Below are positions 46,450 to 56,634 of a stretch of 64,000 nt of DNA, piece after piece. The DNA comes from an uncultured delta proteobacterium (GTDB lineage: Bacteria > Myxococcota_A > Polyangia > Fen-1088). The notes beneath the pieces are model-generated. The model worked only from the letters and a program-made list of their open reading frames with translations, did no database searches and was not told where the DNA came from. The first letter of the stretch is position 1. Every line of letters starts with the position of its first letter. A program made the translations under genes and the position numbers. The stretch covers positions 1,792,001-1,856,000 of the forward strand of contig CAVYGB010000008.1 of the NCBI GenBank assembly GCA_963767925.1. The letters run 5' to 3'.

Positions 46450-47181
46450 ATGTCCGCAGCTCGATTCGGCCTCGTGGTGGTGGTTCCGGCCGTTGCCGGC
46501 TTTCTCGGCTCATCCTGGCTGGCAGCGCCCGCGTTCGGCCAGGGCCAGGCCCTCCCCGACATCAAGGTGAACTTGCCGGCGGCGCCCAACTTCGACGCCG
46601 CCACCGCGCCCCTGCAGCACCCGGGCGGCGAGTTCTCCGTGTTCGGCTTGCGCAAGAACATGAGCAAGCAGCTCGATAAGGACGTCCGGGTCAAAGGTTA
46701 CCTCCTTTACCTTTACGAGTGCCCCCCCGAGATTCGCAAGTGCAACGAGGAGCAGGATGCCAAGGCCAAGAAGGAGCGCCGGAAGGCGCTGGCCCGGCCC
46801 GCCTCGGCTCCTCCCGTCGCGGTCGAGACGCCCAAGGGCGGGTGCCGCCCCTGCGAGCAGCCCCACTTCTTCCTGAGCGACGCCCCCGACGGGAAGATGG
46901 AGCGGGCCCTGCTGGTGGCCGACTACCCGATCAAGGACTGGAACAGCGGCCGGCCCAAGCCCCTGGTCGTGAAAACCGGCGAGCAATACGTTGTCACCGG
47001 GACCTTCGCCATCAACTCGATCACCGGCTTCGGCGCCTCCAACGGCCTGCTCGTGCACAAGCGGACCGAAGATGCCGCCGGCAAGGTCATCGCCGAGGGC
47101 AACGCCGTCCTGCCGCCCGAGGCCCAGACCATCCAGCTCGAGGGGAAGCCCGCCGAGCCGTTGAAGACCGGCAAGAAGTAG
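46450..47181 (+). CDS. Secreted hypothetical protein with 4 Cys
   Basis: RBS AAGGAG, signal peptide, coding-like composition. Confidence 0.8.
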   Translation: MSAARFGLVVVVPAVAGFLGSSWLAAPAFGQGQALPDIKVNLPAAPNFDAATAPLQHPGGEFSVFGLRKNMSKQLDKDVRVKGYLLYLYECPPEIRKCNEEQDAKAKKERRKALARPASAPPVAVETPKGGCRPCEQPHFFLSDAPDGKMERALLVADYPIKDWNSGRPKPLVVKTGEQYVVTGTFAINSITGFGASNGLLVHKRTEDAAGKVIAEGNAVLPPEAQTIQLEGKPAEPLKTGKK

Positions 47182-47202
47182 GAAAGACGAAGCAGGAAGG
47201 AG

Positions 47203-47862
47203 CTAGGGTTCTTTCCAGCAGGTGTTGGCGGGGCAGGAGGGGCTGCGGGTCACGGCGAAGATCGTGCCTGCCACCCCGGCCGTGACCACGCCCGCCAGGA
47301 CGCCCCAGAGCCAGGGGCTGCGAAGCCAGGAAGAGGTGGTCGTCGCGGGCGGGGGCGCCGGCGCGCTGACGATGTTCGGCGCCAGCGAGATCGGCTCCCG
47401 CCCGGCCGATGGGCCCCCCACCTCCGCCCGGGAGAGCGCGGGCGCGCCCGCAGGCGGGATCGGGATGGCGAGCTCCTGGACGCCGAGGGCGTCGTCGATG
47501 GTCCGGATCAGGTCCTCGACCATGGGCCGATGGGTGGTCGTGGGATCGGTGCGCAGGAGCTTCTCGTAGGCCGCCTTGGCCTTTCGCAGCTCCTGCGAGC
47601 GCCGATAGCTGTGGCCGATGTTGAGCAGGAACAGGGGCCGGGGCGCCGCCTGGTAACCCGACTCGAACTCGCGCGCGGCATCGAGGTATTTGCCCTGATC
47701 GTAGAGTCGGGACCCGCGCTCGAAGTGCTGGCGGGCGGTGTTCTCGTCCTCGCGGCTGGGAGGGGCCTGGGCGCCCGCGGGCAACCCGGTCGCCAGCAGA
47801 CAGGTCCCCACCAGCAGGGCGACCGTCGAACGGCAGGCGCCGCGGCCGCGGGCGACGCTCAT
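47203..47862 (-). CDS. TPR protein with C-terminal TM
   Basis: ARQHFERGSRLYDQGKYLDAAREFESGY..P.FLLNIGHSYR, WLRSPWLWG. ATGA overlap. Confidence 0.85.
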   Translation of the reverse strand: MSVARGRGACRSTVALLVGTCLLATGLPAGAQAPPSREDENTARQHFERGSRLYDQGKYLDAAREFESGYQAAPRPLFLLNIGHSYRRSQELRKAKAAYEKLLRTDPTTTHRPMVEDLIRTIDDALGVQELAIPIPPAGAPALSRAEVGGPSAGREPISLAPNIVSAPAPPPATTTSSWLRSPWLWGVLAGVVTAGVAGTIFAVTRSPSCPANTCWKEP

Positions 47863-49205
47863 TCGAGGCCTCGGTCGCGAAGCGACCCGTCGTCCTCTCC
47901 CCGCAAGTGCCCCACCTCGTGCAGCAGCGTCCGCTCGATGGCCCGATCGAGGTCCTCGGTCCCGTGCACGCTTCGCAGGATGTTCCGGCGGTAGAGCACG
48001 ATGGCCCGGGCCGGTACCGCCGCCGCCGGGCCCCCGGCCCGGCTCTCCGATTCGGGCAGCGATCCGCCCGCGGTGACACGGGCCTGGCGCCCCCGGGTCC
48101 CCCGGGCCGACACCGCGGTGGCGTCCCCGACCGCCTGCTCGCGGCCGAGGGGCAAACCCCGGAACAGGCCCAGGATAGTGGGGGACAGCGGCGGGCGCTC
48201 GGCGGTGAGATCCTCGGAGGCCGGGATCTCGGCGGTCTCGATGGGGATGCCATCGAGGTCCCGCTGGACGTCGGTCGGCAGGCGGACGGTGGCCGCCCGG
48301 ACCCGGCGCTCGAACTCCGAGGCGGAGACCTCGGGGACAGCGGGGAACGACTTGGGGTCGCGAACCGAAGCGTCCTTGAACAGGCGATCCGCCTCGACTT
48401 CTTTGCCCTCCCGCTCGCGGATGAGGGCGAGGTGGTAGAGGGCGTGGGCGTGGGTGGTGTCCTTGGCCAGCACGTCCTCGAAGGCCCGGCGCGCGAGCAC
48501 GAACTTGCACAGCTCGAAGTAGGCGACCCCCTGCTCGTAGCGGGCGGAGACGTCGGACTGGTTGAGCTTGCGGGCCTGGCGGAGCGGGTCGAGCGCTTGC
48601 GAGGCCCGTCCCAGATCGACGAGCGCCTGGCCCTCGAGCAAAGCCAGCCGGGCGGCGCGCAGGCGGTTCCGCCCGGCCAGCGTGCGGCGGCCCCGCTGGG
48701 CGTACTCCAGACCGATGCCGGTACGTTCGGCGCTGGGAGCGAGGCGGTTGATGTAAAGCTCTGCCGCCAGCTCGAGGCACTCGCCATCATCGGGCGCGAT
48801 GGCGAGCGCGAGCGCGAGCGCATCGCGCGCCTCCTCGAAGCGACCGAGGCGCATCAGGGCCAGCGCCCGGTTGTGGTGGGCCTCGACCGAGCGGGGCGCC
48901 TGGCGGGCCGCCTCCTCGGCGCAGGCGAGGACACCCTGGAAGTCGTCCTCGTCCTGGTAGGCGCCGGCCCGGTCGAGCAGGTCGTCGACCTGCAGATCCA
49001 CCCAGGCGGGCAGCTCGGGGAAACAGCGCCGGAGCGGACGGATCTCCGGAGACACACCATCCCGCTTCTGCACGCGCGCGCTCGCGCGCTGATCTCCCGC
49101 CCGGCTGTCTGGTTCACCGGCGGCCTCTTGCCGGTGGCAGGCGAGGCCGAGCACAGCGGCAAAGAGCGGGACTGCAAAGGCGAACAGTCTGGGTCCCGCG
49201 GACAT
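47859..49205 (-). CDS. TPR + zincin-like (Zincin_1) metallopeptidase lipoprotein
   Basis: Lipobox GLAC, several TPRs, ILGLFRG.P, IVLYRRNI, TLLHEVGH. Confidence 0.85.
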   Translation of the reverse strand: MSAGPRLFAFAVPLFAAVLGLACHRQEAAGEPDSRAGDQRASARVQKRDGVSPEIRPLRRCFPELPAWVDLQVDDLLDRAGAYQDEDDFQGVLACAEEAARQAPRSVEAHHNRALALMRLGRFEEARDALALALAIAPDDGECLELAAELYINRLAPSAERTGIGLEYAQRGRRTLAGRNRLRAARLALLEGQALVDLGRASQALDPLRQARKLNQSDVSARYEQGVAYFELCKFVLARRAFEDVLAKDTTHAHALYHLALIREREGKEVEADRLFKDASVRDPKSFPAVPEVSASEFERRVRAATVRLPTDVQRDLDGIPIETAEIPASEDLTAERPPLSPTILGLFRGLPLGREQAVGDATAVSARGTRGRQARVTAGGSLPESESRAGGPAAAVPARAIVLYRRNILRSVHGTEDLDRAIERTLLHEVGHLRGEDDGSLRDRGLE

Positions 49206-49274
49206 TTCCAGATGCATCTTATCGCGCTTTTTGCTGGTCTCCCAGAACGTCGCGCGCCGAAAGTCCAATTCGCC

Positions 49275-52013
49275 TCAGTGCGCCTCGCCCCAAGTGCGCC
49301 CCGACCCGACATCGACCACGAGCGGTACCTCCAGAAGATACACGTTTTGCATCTCCCGGCGCACCCAGTCGGAAAAATCCGGGACTTGCGGCTCGGGGAT
49401 CTCGAAGACGAGCTCGTCGTGGACCGTCAGCAGCAGCCGGGCGTCTGGCCAGCCGGTCCGTAAGCCCGCGTCGACCCGGATCATCGCCAGCTTCAGGATA
49501 TCGGCGGCCGACCCCTGGATGGGGGTGTTGCGGGCGACCCGCTCGGCATGGGCCCGCTCCTGCGCCCGGCGCGAGGCCATCTCGGGGATGGGCCGACGCC
49601 GCCCGAGCAAGGTCACCGCCCCCCCGGTCTCCCGGGCCTCCACGATGGAGCGTTCCATGTAGGCCCGCACCCCGGCGTAGCGCTCGAAATAGCTGGCGAT
49701 ATAGGCCTTGGCGGTGGCCCGGGGAATGCGAAGGGTCTGGGCCAGCCCGAAGTCCGACTGGCCGAACACCAGCCCGAAGTTGATGGCCTTGGCCACCCGG
49801 CGCTGCTCGGCGGAGACCGAGTCGGGTGGGATGCTGAACACCTCGGCCGCCGTCCGCTGGTGGATGTCGGCCCCGCTGCGAAAGGCCGCCAGGAAGGCCG
49901 GATCTCCGGAAAAATGGGCGAGGATGCGCAGCTCGATCTGGGAGTAGTCCGCGGAGACGATCCGGTGGCCGGGGTCGGCGATGAAGGCCTGGCGGATGCG
50001 CCGGCCCACCTCGGTGCGGATGGGGATGTTCTGCAGGTTGGGCTCGCTGGACGAGAGCCGGCCGGTGGCAGCCACCGCCTGATTGAAGGTGGTGTGCAGC
50101 CGGCCCGTACGGGCGTGCACCAGCGCCGGCAGGGCTTCGATGTACGTGCTCTTGAGCTTTGTCAGCCCCCGGTATTCGACGATCCGGGCCGGGACGTCAT
50201 GCAAGGCCGCCAGCTCCTCGAGGACGTCGGCGTCGGTCGAGGGTCCGGTCTTGGTCCGACGCACGACCGGCAAGCCGAGCTTGCCGAACAGGACCTCGCC
50301 GAGCTGCTTGGGCGAGCCGATGTTGAAGGTGGTCCCGGCCAGGCGGTGGATGTCCGCCTCCAGCGCGCCGATGTTGCGGTCCAGCTCCTCCCCCAGACGG
50401 CCCAGCTCCAGGCTGTCGATGCGGATACCGTGCGCCTCCACCCGGGCGAGCACCCGGGCCAGGGGCAGCTCGAGATCGACGTAGAGCTGGTCGAGCGCGC
50501 CGCCGCCCAGCGCCTGGCGCTGGGCGATCGCCACCTCCAGCACCGCCGCCGCCTCCACCCCCAGGCGCGCCCCCGCCACGTCGGGCGGGATCTCACCCGG
50601 GGGCCGGCTGGTCCGGCCCGTGCCCAGCCAGGCGGGACGGGAAAGCTCGGCCGAGACCCCCAGCGAGGAGGCCACCAGGTCCAGGTCGTGCCGGTTGCGA
50701 GAGGCGTCGAGCAGGTACCCGGCCAGCAGCGTGTCGGCGTCGACCCCTTGCAGGCGGTAGCCCCGGAAGGCCAGCAGCACCTCCAGGAACTTGCTGTCGT
50801 GGATGGCCTTGGTGACCGCCGGATCGGCGAGCATCGGAGCCAGCCGGGCCAGCAGCTCGGCCCCCCGTATCGCGTTTGGCTCGCCCAGCAGGCGGTGGCC
50901 CAGCGGCACGTAGTAGCGCGGGCCCCCGGGCAGCGCGAACCCGAGCCCGACGAAGTCCGCCCTCGTCGCTTCGCCGCCCTCCGACAAAAGGGCCACCCCA
51001 CAGCGGCCGGCGGCGGCCACCGCGGCGAGCAGGCGATCGATCCCCTCTTCGTCCCGCAGCACCTCGACCGGCACCAGGGGGACCTCGACCGTCACCTGGG
51101 GCGGAGGCGGGCTGGGCGGCGCGGCCTCCGGGCGGGGGCCCCCCGTGGCGTCGTCGAGCGGATCGTCGAGCTTCTCCTGGGTGATGATCCGGAAGAACTC
51201 GAACTCCCGGAGCATGGCGCGGAGCTCGGGGCGCTCGGGCTCCTGCCGGCGGAGCTCGTCGACGGTGATCGGCAGAGGGACGTCGAGGCGGAGGGTGACG
51301 AGCTGGTACGAGACCCGCACCGCCTCCCGAGCGGCCTGGAGCGCCTCTCCCTTCTTTCCCTTCACCTCTCCGGCGTGGGCCAGCACGTTCTCGAGCGTGC
51401 CGTAGCGGTTGACCAGCTCGGCCGCCCCCTTGGGGCCGATGCCGGGCACGCCCGGGATGCAGTCGATGCTGTCACCCTGGAGCGCCAGCACGTCGGCCAC
51501 CTTCTCCGGTGGCACGCCGAACTTCTCCCGCACCTCGTTGGGGCCGATGAAGCGGTTGCGCATGGTATCGAGCATCGAGATGCGATCACCCACCACCTGC
51601 ATCAGGTCCTTGTCGCCCGAGCAGATGACCACCCGCAGGCCACGCTCGGCGGCCTGGCAGGCCAGGGTGGCGATCACGTCGTCGGCCTCGACGGCGGCTA
51701 CCTGCACCTTGGGGATGCGAAAGGTGTCGACCACGCGGTGCAAGAGCTCCACCTGGGCGGCGAGATCGGACGGCATGGGCGGGCGGTCCGCCTTGTAGCC
51801 GGCGTAGAGGTCGGATCGGAAGGTGCGCCCGGGAGCATCGAACACCGCGCACAGATGGGTCGGGCGATTCTCCCGCTCCACCCGCAGCAACATCTGGCAC
51901 AGCCCATAGACGGCCCCGGTCGGCAGCCCGCGGGAGGTGGTCAGCGGTGGCAGCGCGTGGTACGCCCGGAACACGAAGTTCAGGGCGTCGACGATGTAAA
52001 GAGCTTCCTCCAT
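49275..52013 (-). CDS. polA: DNA polymerase I
   Basis: 5'-exonuclease (FRAYHA, EADDVIAT, DKDL, GDSID.IPGVPGIG), TGRLSS..PNLQNIP, motif A DYSQIELR, motif B KAINFG, motif C VHDE. Confidence 0.97.
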   Translation of the reverse strand: MEEALYIVDALNFVFRAYHALPPLTTSRGLPTGAVYGLCQMLLRVERENRPTHLCAVFDAPGRTFRSDLYAGYKADRPPMPSDLAAQVELLHRVVDTFRIPKVQVAAVEADDVIATLACQAAERGLRVVICSGDKDLMQVVGDRISMLDTMRNRFIGPNEVREKFGVPPEKVADVLALQGDSIDCIPGVPGIGPKGAAELVNRYGTLENVLAHAGEVKGKKGEALQAAREAVRVSYQLVTLRLDVPLPITVDELRRQEPERPELRAMLREFEFFRIITQEKLDDPLDDATGGPRPEAAPPSPPPPQVTVEVPLVPVEVLRDEEGIDRLLAAVAAAGRCGVALLSEGGEATRADFVGLGFALPGGPRYYVPLGHRLLGEPNAIRGAELLARLAPMLADPAVTKAIHDSKFLEVLLAFRGYRLQGVDADTLLAGYLLDASRNRHDLDLVASSLGVSAELSRPAWLGTGRTSRPPGEIPPDVAGARLGVEAAAVLEVAIAQRQALGGGALDQLYVDLELPLARVLARVEAHGIRIDSLELGRLGEELDRNIGALEADIHRLAGTTFNIGSPKQLGEVLFGKLGLPVVRRTKTGPSTDADVLEELAALHDVPARIVEYRGLTKLKSTYIEALPALVHARTGRLHTTFNQAVAATGRLSSSEPNLQNIPIRTEVGRRIRQAFIADPGHRIVSADYSQIELRILAHFSGDPAFLAAFRSGADIHQRTAAEVFSIPPDSVSAEQRRVAKAINFGLVFGQSDFGLAQTLRIPRATAKAYIASYFERYAGVRAYMERSIVEARETGGAVTLLGRRRPIPEMASRRAQERAHAERVARNTPIQGSAADILKLAMIRVDAGLRTGWPDARLLLTVHDELVFEIPEPQVPDFSDWVRREMQNVYLLEVPLVVDVGSGRTWGEAH

Positions 52014-52105
52014 GGGCACACCGGATTGAGACCCTGGTTACTACCACGGCACCGACCATGGTCCTGCCTCTGTCTCGTCGAGCCGATTGGCGCTACCCTT
52101 GACCG

Positions 52106-55100
52106 GTGGAAACGCGGCCCGGCCATCGACGGTGGAGGCGCGTCGCCGTGGTCGCGGGAGTGGGCTTCGGCCTGCTGGTCGCCGCCTTCGCCGCCGCCAC
52201 CGCCTTGCTCAGGGGCGAGCGGCTCGCCCGGCTGGTGATGGGTCAGCTCCCCGCCTTCGCCGGCAAGATCGAGCTGCGGGCGGTCCACTGGCATCCCCGG
52301 CTGTGGCTCGACCTGCTCACCGATCGGCCCACGCCGATCGTGATCGAGGGGCTGCGCATCACCGATCCGGAGGGGACCGACGTGCTCCGGACGCCGCGGC
52401 TGGAGCTGAAGGTTCGGCCCCGCTCGGTGCTAAGCGCCCGGGTGTTCTTGCACGATGTCAAGCTCGGCCCGGGATCGTTCTGGCGTTTCGGGCGCATGGC
52501 CGGGCGGGAGGCGATCGGGTTTCTCGACTGGTTCCGCATCGGGCCCCCCGTTGTCGCGGTCGAGCCGCCTCCCCCGAAAGAGGGTGAGGGTGGCTTCGTG
52601 TTCCAGATCGTCAACGCCGAGCTGGCCGGGCTCGACGCCGAGTTCGACTTTCCCGGCGCCTGGGGCCTGCTCCTCCGCGACATCCATTCGCCCGCCACCT
52701 TGCTGCTCGAGGGCTCCTTCGTGGGCTGGGACCTCAAGGGGCTCGTCGCGCGCAAGGGCGGCTATCTCCGGATCCTCGACGACGTGCTCCCCTTCGACCG
52801 GGTCGAGGTGGCGCGGGTGGCCACCACGCGGGACTGGCCCGACAACATCTTCCTCGATGTGGCAGCGGCCCGGACCGGGCGCTCGACCCTGACCGCTCGG
52901 GGGATGTTCACCGGCATCTACGGCTACGGGCTCGAGCCCGGCGATCCGCCCGCGGTCAGCGGCATCGACATGCACGCCGAGTTCAGCGACGCAGCCCCTG
53001 CCCTGCAGGCGGTGGCCAGCCGCCGCAACATCGCCGGGCTGGCGGTGCGCGGAGAGGGCGCCCGGCTGACCCTCGACCTGAGCGACGCCTTCGAGCGGCT
53101 GAAGATCAAGGGCCGGCTCCAGGGTCTCGATCTGGCCTACGGGAGCTACGAGGCCCGCCGGTTCGGCGTCGAGCTCGCGCTCGACCTCGGCGCGCCGATC
53201 ACGGTCACCGCCCAGCGGCTGGGGTTCGAGTCCCCCGGCGGCGGCTCGCTGAGCCTGGACGCCGAGCTGCGGGGAGAAAAGGCCCAGGCTTCGCTGGCCT
53301 TCACCCGGTTCGTGACCGACAGCTACCTCCCGAGCGGCCTTCGCAAGCTGGGCGCCGGAACCCTCGAGGGCGGGCTGCGCATCGCCGGCGACCTCTCGGG
53401 CAAGAGCCTCGCGCTCGACGGCCTGGACCTCCGCCTGCGCCGGCGCCTGCGGGGGCGGGCTCCCCGCCTGGTGCGCGTCTTCGGCCAGGCCAGCGCCAAC
53501 CCGCGGAAGGCCGACACCCGCGGGATCACCATCCAGATCCCGGGTGGCTCGGTCACGGCCCGGGGCCACTTCGGGATGGCCCGTCAGGTGCTGGGCCTGG
53601 CCCTGCGCGCGAGCGCGGCCGACCTGCCTGCGCTGCTCGCCTTGCTGGGCCTGCCCCCGCTGGCGCGATCGGCCACTCTCGCCGTCGACGTCTCGGGCAG
53701 CCTGGCCGCGCCCACCGCCAAGGGTTCGGTCGCGATCCGCCAGCTCGCGCTGGCCCCCCTGCCGCTCATCGACTCGGTGCTGGCCCGCTTTCACCTGGCG
53801 GCCGGCACCGCCCACCTCGACGAGCTGACCGCCGAGCTCTTCGGAGGGCGGCTGCAGGCCAGCGGCAGCGCCAAGCTCTTCGAGCGAACGGTCTCGCGCT
53901 GGCTCGCACACCCGAAGGTCGACCTGCGGGTGGAGGGACGGGGCCTCGATCTGGGACAGGTCGTCCAGGGGGGCGCCGTGCGCGGCCGCCTGGACTTCTC
54001 CGCCCAGGCCAGCGGAACCCCCAGCGCCCTGGTGGCGAGGCTGAGCCTGCCGGCGGGCACCGACCTCCTGCTCCTGGACCAGCGCTGGCGGCTCTCGGCC
54101 GTGGAGGTGGAGGCCGACCTGCAGAGCGCCGTCCTGCGTACCACCCGGCTGGAGCGGGCCGGCGGGGGGCACGTCCAGCTCAGCGGCCGGATGGAGTTCG
54201 GCGGGGACACGCGCTGGCAGATCGAGGTGGTGGACCTGCCGCTGGCCGGGCTCCCGGGCGTCGCCGACGCCGGCTTCCCAATCTCGGGCACGGTGTCGGC
54301 TCGCTTCGAGGTGTCGGGGCAGCTCGAGCGCCCGCGGCTCGCCGGCGAGCTGCACCTGCGCGACGTCTCGGCGCGGGGGGTGGCGCTGGGCAATGGCGAC
54401 CTCCGCTTCACCCCCACCGAGAGCGGGGGCGTGGCGGTAGCGGGAGAGCTATTCGACCGCATCCTGGTGCAGGGCACCGCCGACCTGGCACCGGGCGGGC
54501 CCAAGGTGCTGGCGGTGGCCGAGTTTCGTGACCTCGTGCTCGAGGAGCTGGTGCCCGAGATGCGGACCCTGGGCGACGCCCGCGGGCGGGTGACCGGGCG
54601 GGTGCAGGTCAACATGGCCGGCGGCCCGCCCACCATCGACGTTCGCCTCGCCTCGCTCGAGCTCTCGGCCGCGCGGGACCTGGGGGCCGGACCGGTGTCC
54701 CGCCGGCTGTCGCTCAAGAGCGCGACGGACATCCACCTCGTGATGTCCGGCGACGACCTGGTGCTCTACCCGACGCGCCTGACCACCGACGGCGTCGAGT
54801 GCCGACTGGCCGGCGAGCTCCACGGCGACAAGCTGGCGGCCCAGGTGGCCGGCTCGATCAACCTCGAGCTCCTGCAGGCGTTCCTCAGCGATCGGATCGA
54901 GGGCCTGGGGGGCGGCCTCGACCTCTCGCTGCGGCTGGGCGGCACCCTCGGGCGGCCGACCGCCGAGGGGACCATCCACGTGGCCCGACCGATCACGGCG
55001 AAGCTCCCCGAGATCGAGCCAACCTTCACGGTACCGACCGGTCGCGTCGATCTCGACGCGAATGGTATCCGGGTCTCCCGGCTGGCCATCGACGTCGCCG

Positions 55101-56611
55101 ACGCCCGCCTGGAGCTCGAGGGGCGGGTGGGGCTCGACGGCCACCAGAACCCGACCGACCTCGACGTCTCCCTGGGCGGCCAGATCTCGGGGGCCCTGCT
55201 CGAGGCGGTCGCCGGGGGCGCGCTGGCCGACGGCTCGGGTCGGGCCCAGGTGGCCGCCCAGCTCCAGGGCTCGGTCAAGGCGCCGCTGCTGACCGGGCGC
55301 CTCGACCTCGCGAGCCTGGCCTTCCGGCTGCGCGAGCTGGGTCGCGACGTCGTCCTGGAGAGCGGGGTCGTCGAGCTCGACCGCCAGGGCGCGACCTTGA
55401 AGGGCTTGCAGGCCCGGGTGGACGGCCAGGGCAGCTTCAAGATCGGCAGCGATCCCGCGGCGCCGGGGCGGGTGCGGGTAGCGCGGCTGTTCCCCGCCCC
55501 CGAGGTTGGCGCGGTGTGGATCCCACTGCAGGGGCGGCGGCTGTCGTTGCTCGCCTCGAGCAGCCTCGAGCTCGACGACGTGGGCTTCGACCTCGAGCTG
55601 GCGGGAACGCCCGCCCAGGGGTTGGCCCTCACGGGCGAGGTGCTGGTGGCCTCGGGCCGCTACGTGCAGGACTTCACCGTCCGCAAGATGGTCATCTATC
55701 CCAACATCGACGAATCGGCGGTGCACCCTTTCTACGAAGGGGTGCCCTTGCTCGAGGAGCTCTCGCTCGACCTCCGCGTGCGGACCGTGGGCGACAGCTT
55801 CGTCGTGCAGAACAACCTGGCCCCCGAGCTCTACCTGGTGCTCGATCTGCGGGTGCATGGCACCTTGTCCGAGACGCGCATCGCGGGGGACGTTCGCCCC
55901 ACCGACGGACGTTTTCACATCTTCGGGGTGCGGGGGGACTTTACTCTGGTCCCCAACGTCAACCACATCACCTTCGTCGACACGAAGTCGATCGAACGGG
56001 GTGAGACGCCCGAGCTGAACCTGGAGGCCGAGGCCCTCGTCGTCGACTCGACGAGCCGCGAACATGTGGTCAACATGCGCATCAGCGGCCCGGTCTCCCA
56101 GGCCCAGGTCGACCTCTCCTCCAACACCGGCCTCGACCGCAACCAGGCCATGTTGTTGCTCCTGTCCGGACGGACCAGCGAGCAGGAGACGGTCTTCGGG
56201 GGCACGCCCAATGCCACCCTGGGGGCCAACGTTCGCACCGGGACCGACGTCATCGGTCAGATTTCCCGGGACAGCGTCGCCGATTTCCTCGAGCCCTACA
56301 TCGACGATACCCTGCAGCTCATCACCGGGGGGGCGATCAACCTGCGACCCACCTTCGGGCCGGACGGCTTCGAGCTGCGGCTCGACTGGATCGGCCGCCA
56401 GCTCGACTTCCAGGCCAGCCTGCGCCGGGGGCTCGACAGCCAGAAACAGTATCGGGCCGGGTTGAGCCTGTGGGTGATGGACTACCTGACCCTGCGAGGC
56501 TTCGCCGAGCAGGTGACCTTCACGCCCCAGGAGGGCATCATCGAGGAGGCCCAGTCTCTGCGGCTGGAGCTGACCCTGGATTTCCCCATTCGGCCATTCT
56601 TCCTCCGGTAG
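52106..56611 (+). CDS. tamB: TamB/AsmA-like translocation and assembly module protein
   Basis: 1501 aa, N-terminal TM, long beta-rich body, DUF490-like C-terminal region (PELNLEAE, ISGP...DLSS). Directly upstream of an Omp85 gene. Confidence 0.8.
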   Translation: METRPGHRRWRRVAVVAGVGFGLLVAAFAAATALLRGERLARLVMGQLPAFAGKIELRAVHWHPRLWLDLLTDRPTPIVIEGLRITDPEGTDVLRTPRLELKVRPRSVLSARVFLHDVKLGPGSFWRFGRMAGREAIGFLDWFRIGPPVVAVEPPPPKEGEGGFVFQIVNAELAGLDAEFDFPGAWGLLLRDIHSPATLLLEGSFVGWDLKGLVARKGGYLRILDDVLPFDRVEVARVATTRDWPDNIFLDVAAARTGRSTLTARGMFTGIYGYGLEPGDPPAVSGIDMHAEFSDAAPALQAVASRRNIAGLAVRGEGARLTLDLSDAFERLKIKGRLQGLDLAYGSYEARRFGVELALDLGAPITVTAQRLGFESPGGGSLSLDAELRGEKAQASLAFTRFVTDSYLPSGLRKLGAGTLEGGLRIAGDLSGKSLALDGLDLRLRRRLRGRAPRLVRVFGQASANPRKADTRGITIQIPGGSVTARGHFGMARQVLGLALRASAADLPALLALLGLPPLARSATLAVDVSGSLAAPTAKGSVAIRQLALAPLPLIDSVLARFHLAAGTAHLDELTAELFGGRLQASGSAKLFERTVSRWLAHPKVDLRVEGRGLDLGQVVQGGAVRGRLDFSAQASGTPSALVARLSLPAGTDLLLLDQRWRLSAVEVEADLQSAVLRTTRLERAGGGHVQLSGRMEFGGDTRWQIEVVDLPLAGLPGVADAGFPISGTVSARFEVSGQLERPRLAGELHLRDVSARGVALGNGDLRFTPTESGGVAVAGELFDRILVQGTADLAPGGPKVLAVAEFRDLVLEELVPEMRTLGDARGRVTGRVQVNMAGGPPTIDVRLASLELSAARDLGAGPVSRRLSLKSATDIHLVMSGDDLVLYPTRLTTDGVECRLAGELHGDKLAAQVAGSINLELLQAFLSDRIEGLGGGLDLSLRLGGTLGRPTAEGTIHVARPITAKLPEIEPTFTVPTGRVDLDANGIRVSRLAIDVADARLELEGRVGLDGHQNPTDLDVSLGGQISGALLEAVAGGALADGSGRAQVAAQLQGSVKAPLLTGRLDLASLAFRLRELGRDVVLESGVVELDRQGATLKGLQARVDGQGSFKIGSDPAAPGRVRVARLFPAPEVGAVWIPLQGRRLSLLASSSLELDDVGFDLELAGTPAQGLALTGEVLVASGRYVQDFTVRKMVIYPNIDESAVHPFYEGVPLLEELSLDLRVRTVGDSFVVQNNLAPELYLVLDLRVHGTLSETRIAGDVRPTDGRFHIFGVRGDFTLVPNVNHITFVDTKSIERGETPELNLEAEALVVDSTSREHVVNMRISGPVSQAQVDLSSNTGLDRNQAMLLLLSGRTSEQETVFGGTPNATLGANVRTGTDVIGQISRDSVADFLEPYIDDTLQLITGGAINLRPTFGPDGFELRLDWIGRQLDFQASLRRGLDSQKQYRAGLSLWVMDYLTLRGFAEQVTFTPQEGIIEEAQSLRLELTLDFPIRPFFLR

Positions 56612-56634
56612 TCGAACTCCCGCTGTCCGCGCCT

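Noticed and set aside
49548..52238. 896-aa + strand ORF opposite polA
   Set aside because: Antisense shadow with no recognisable domain.
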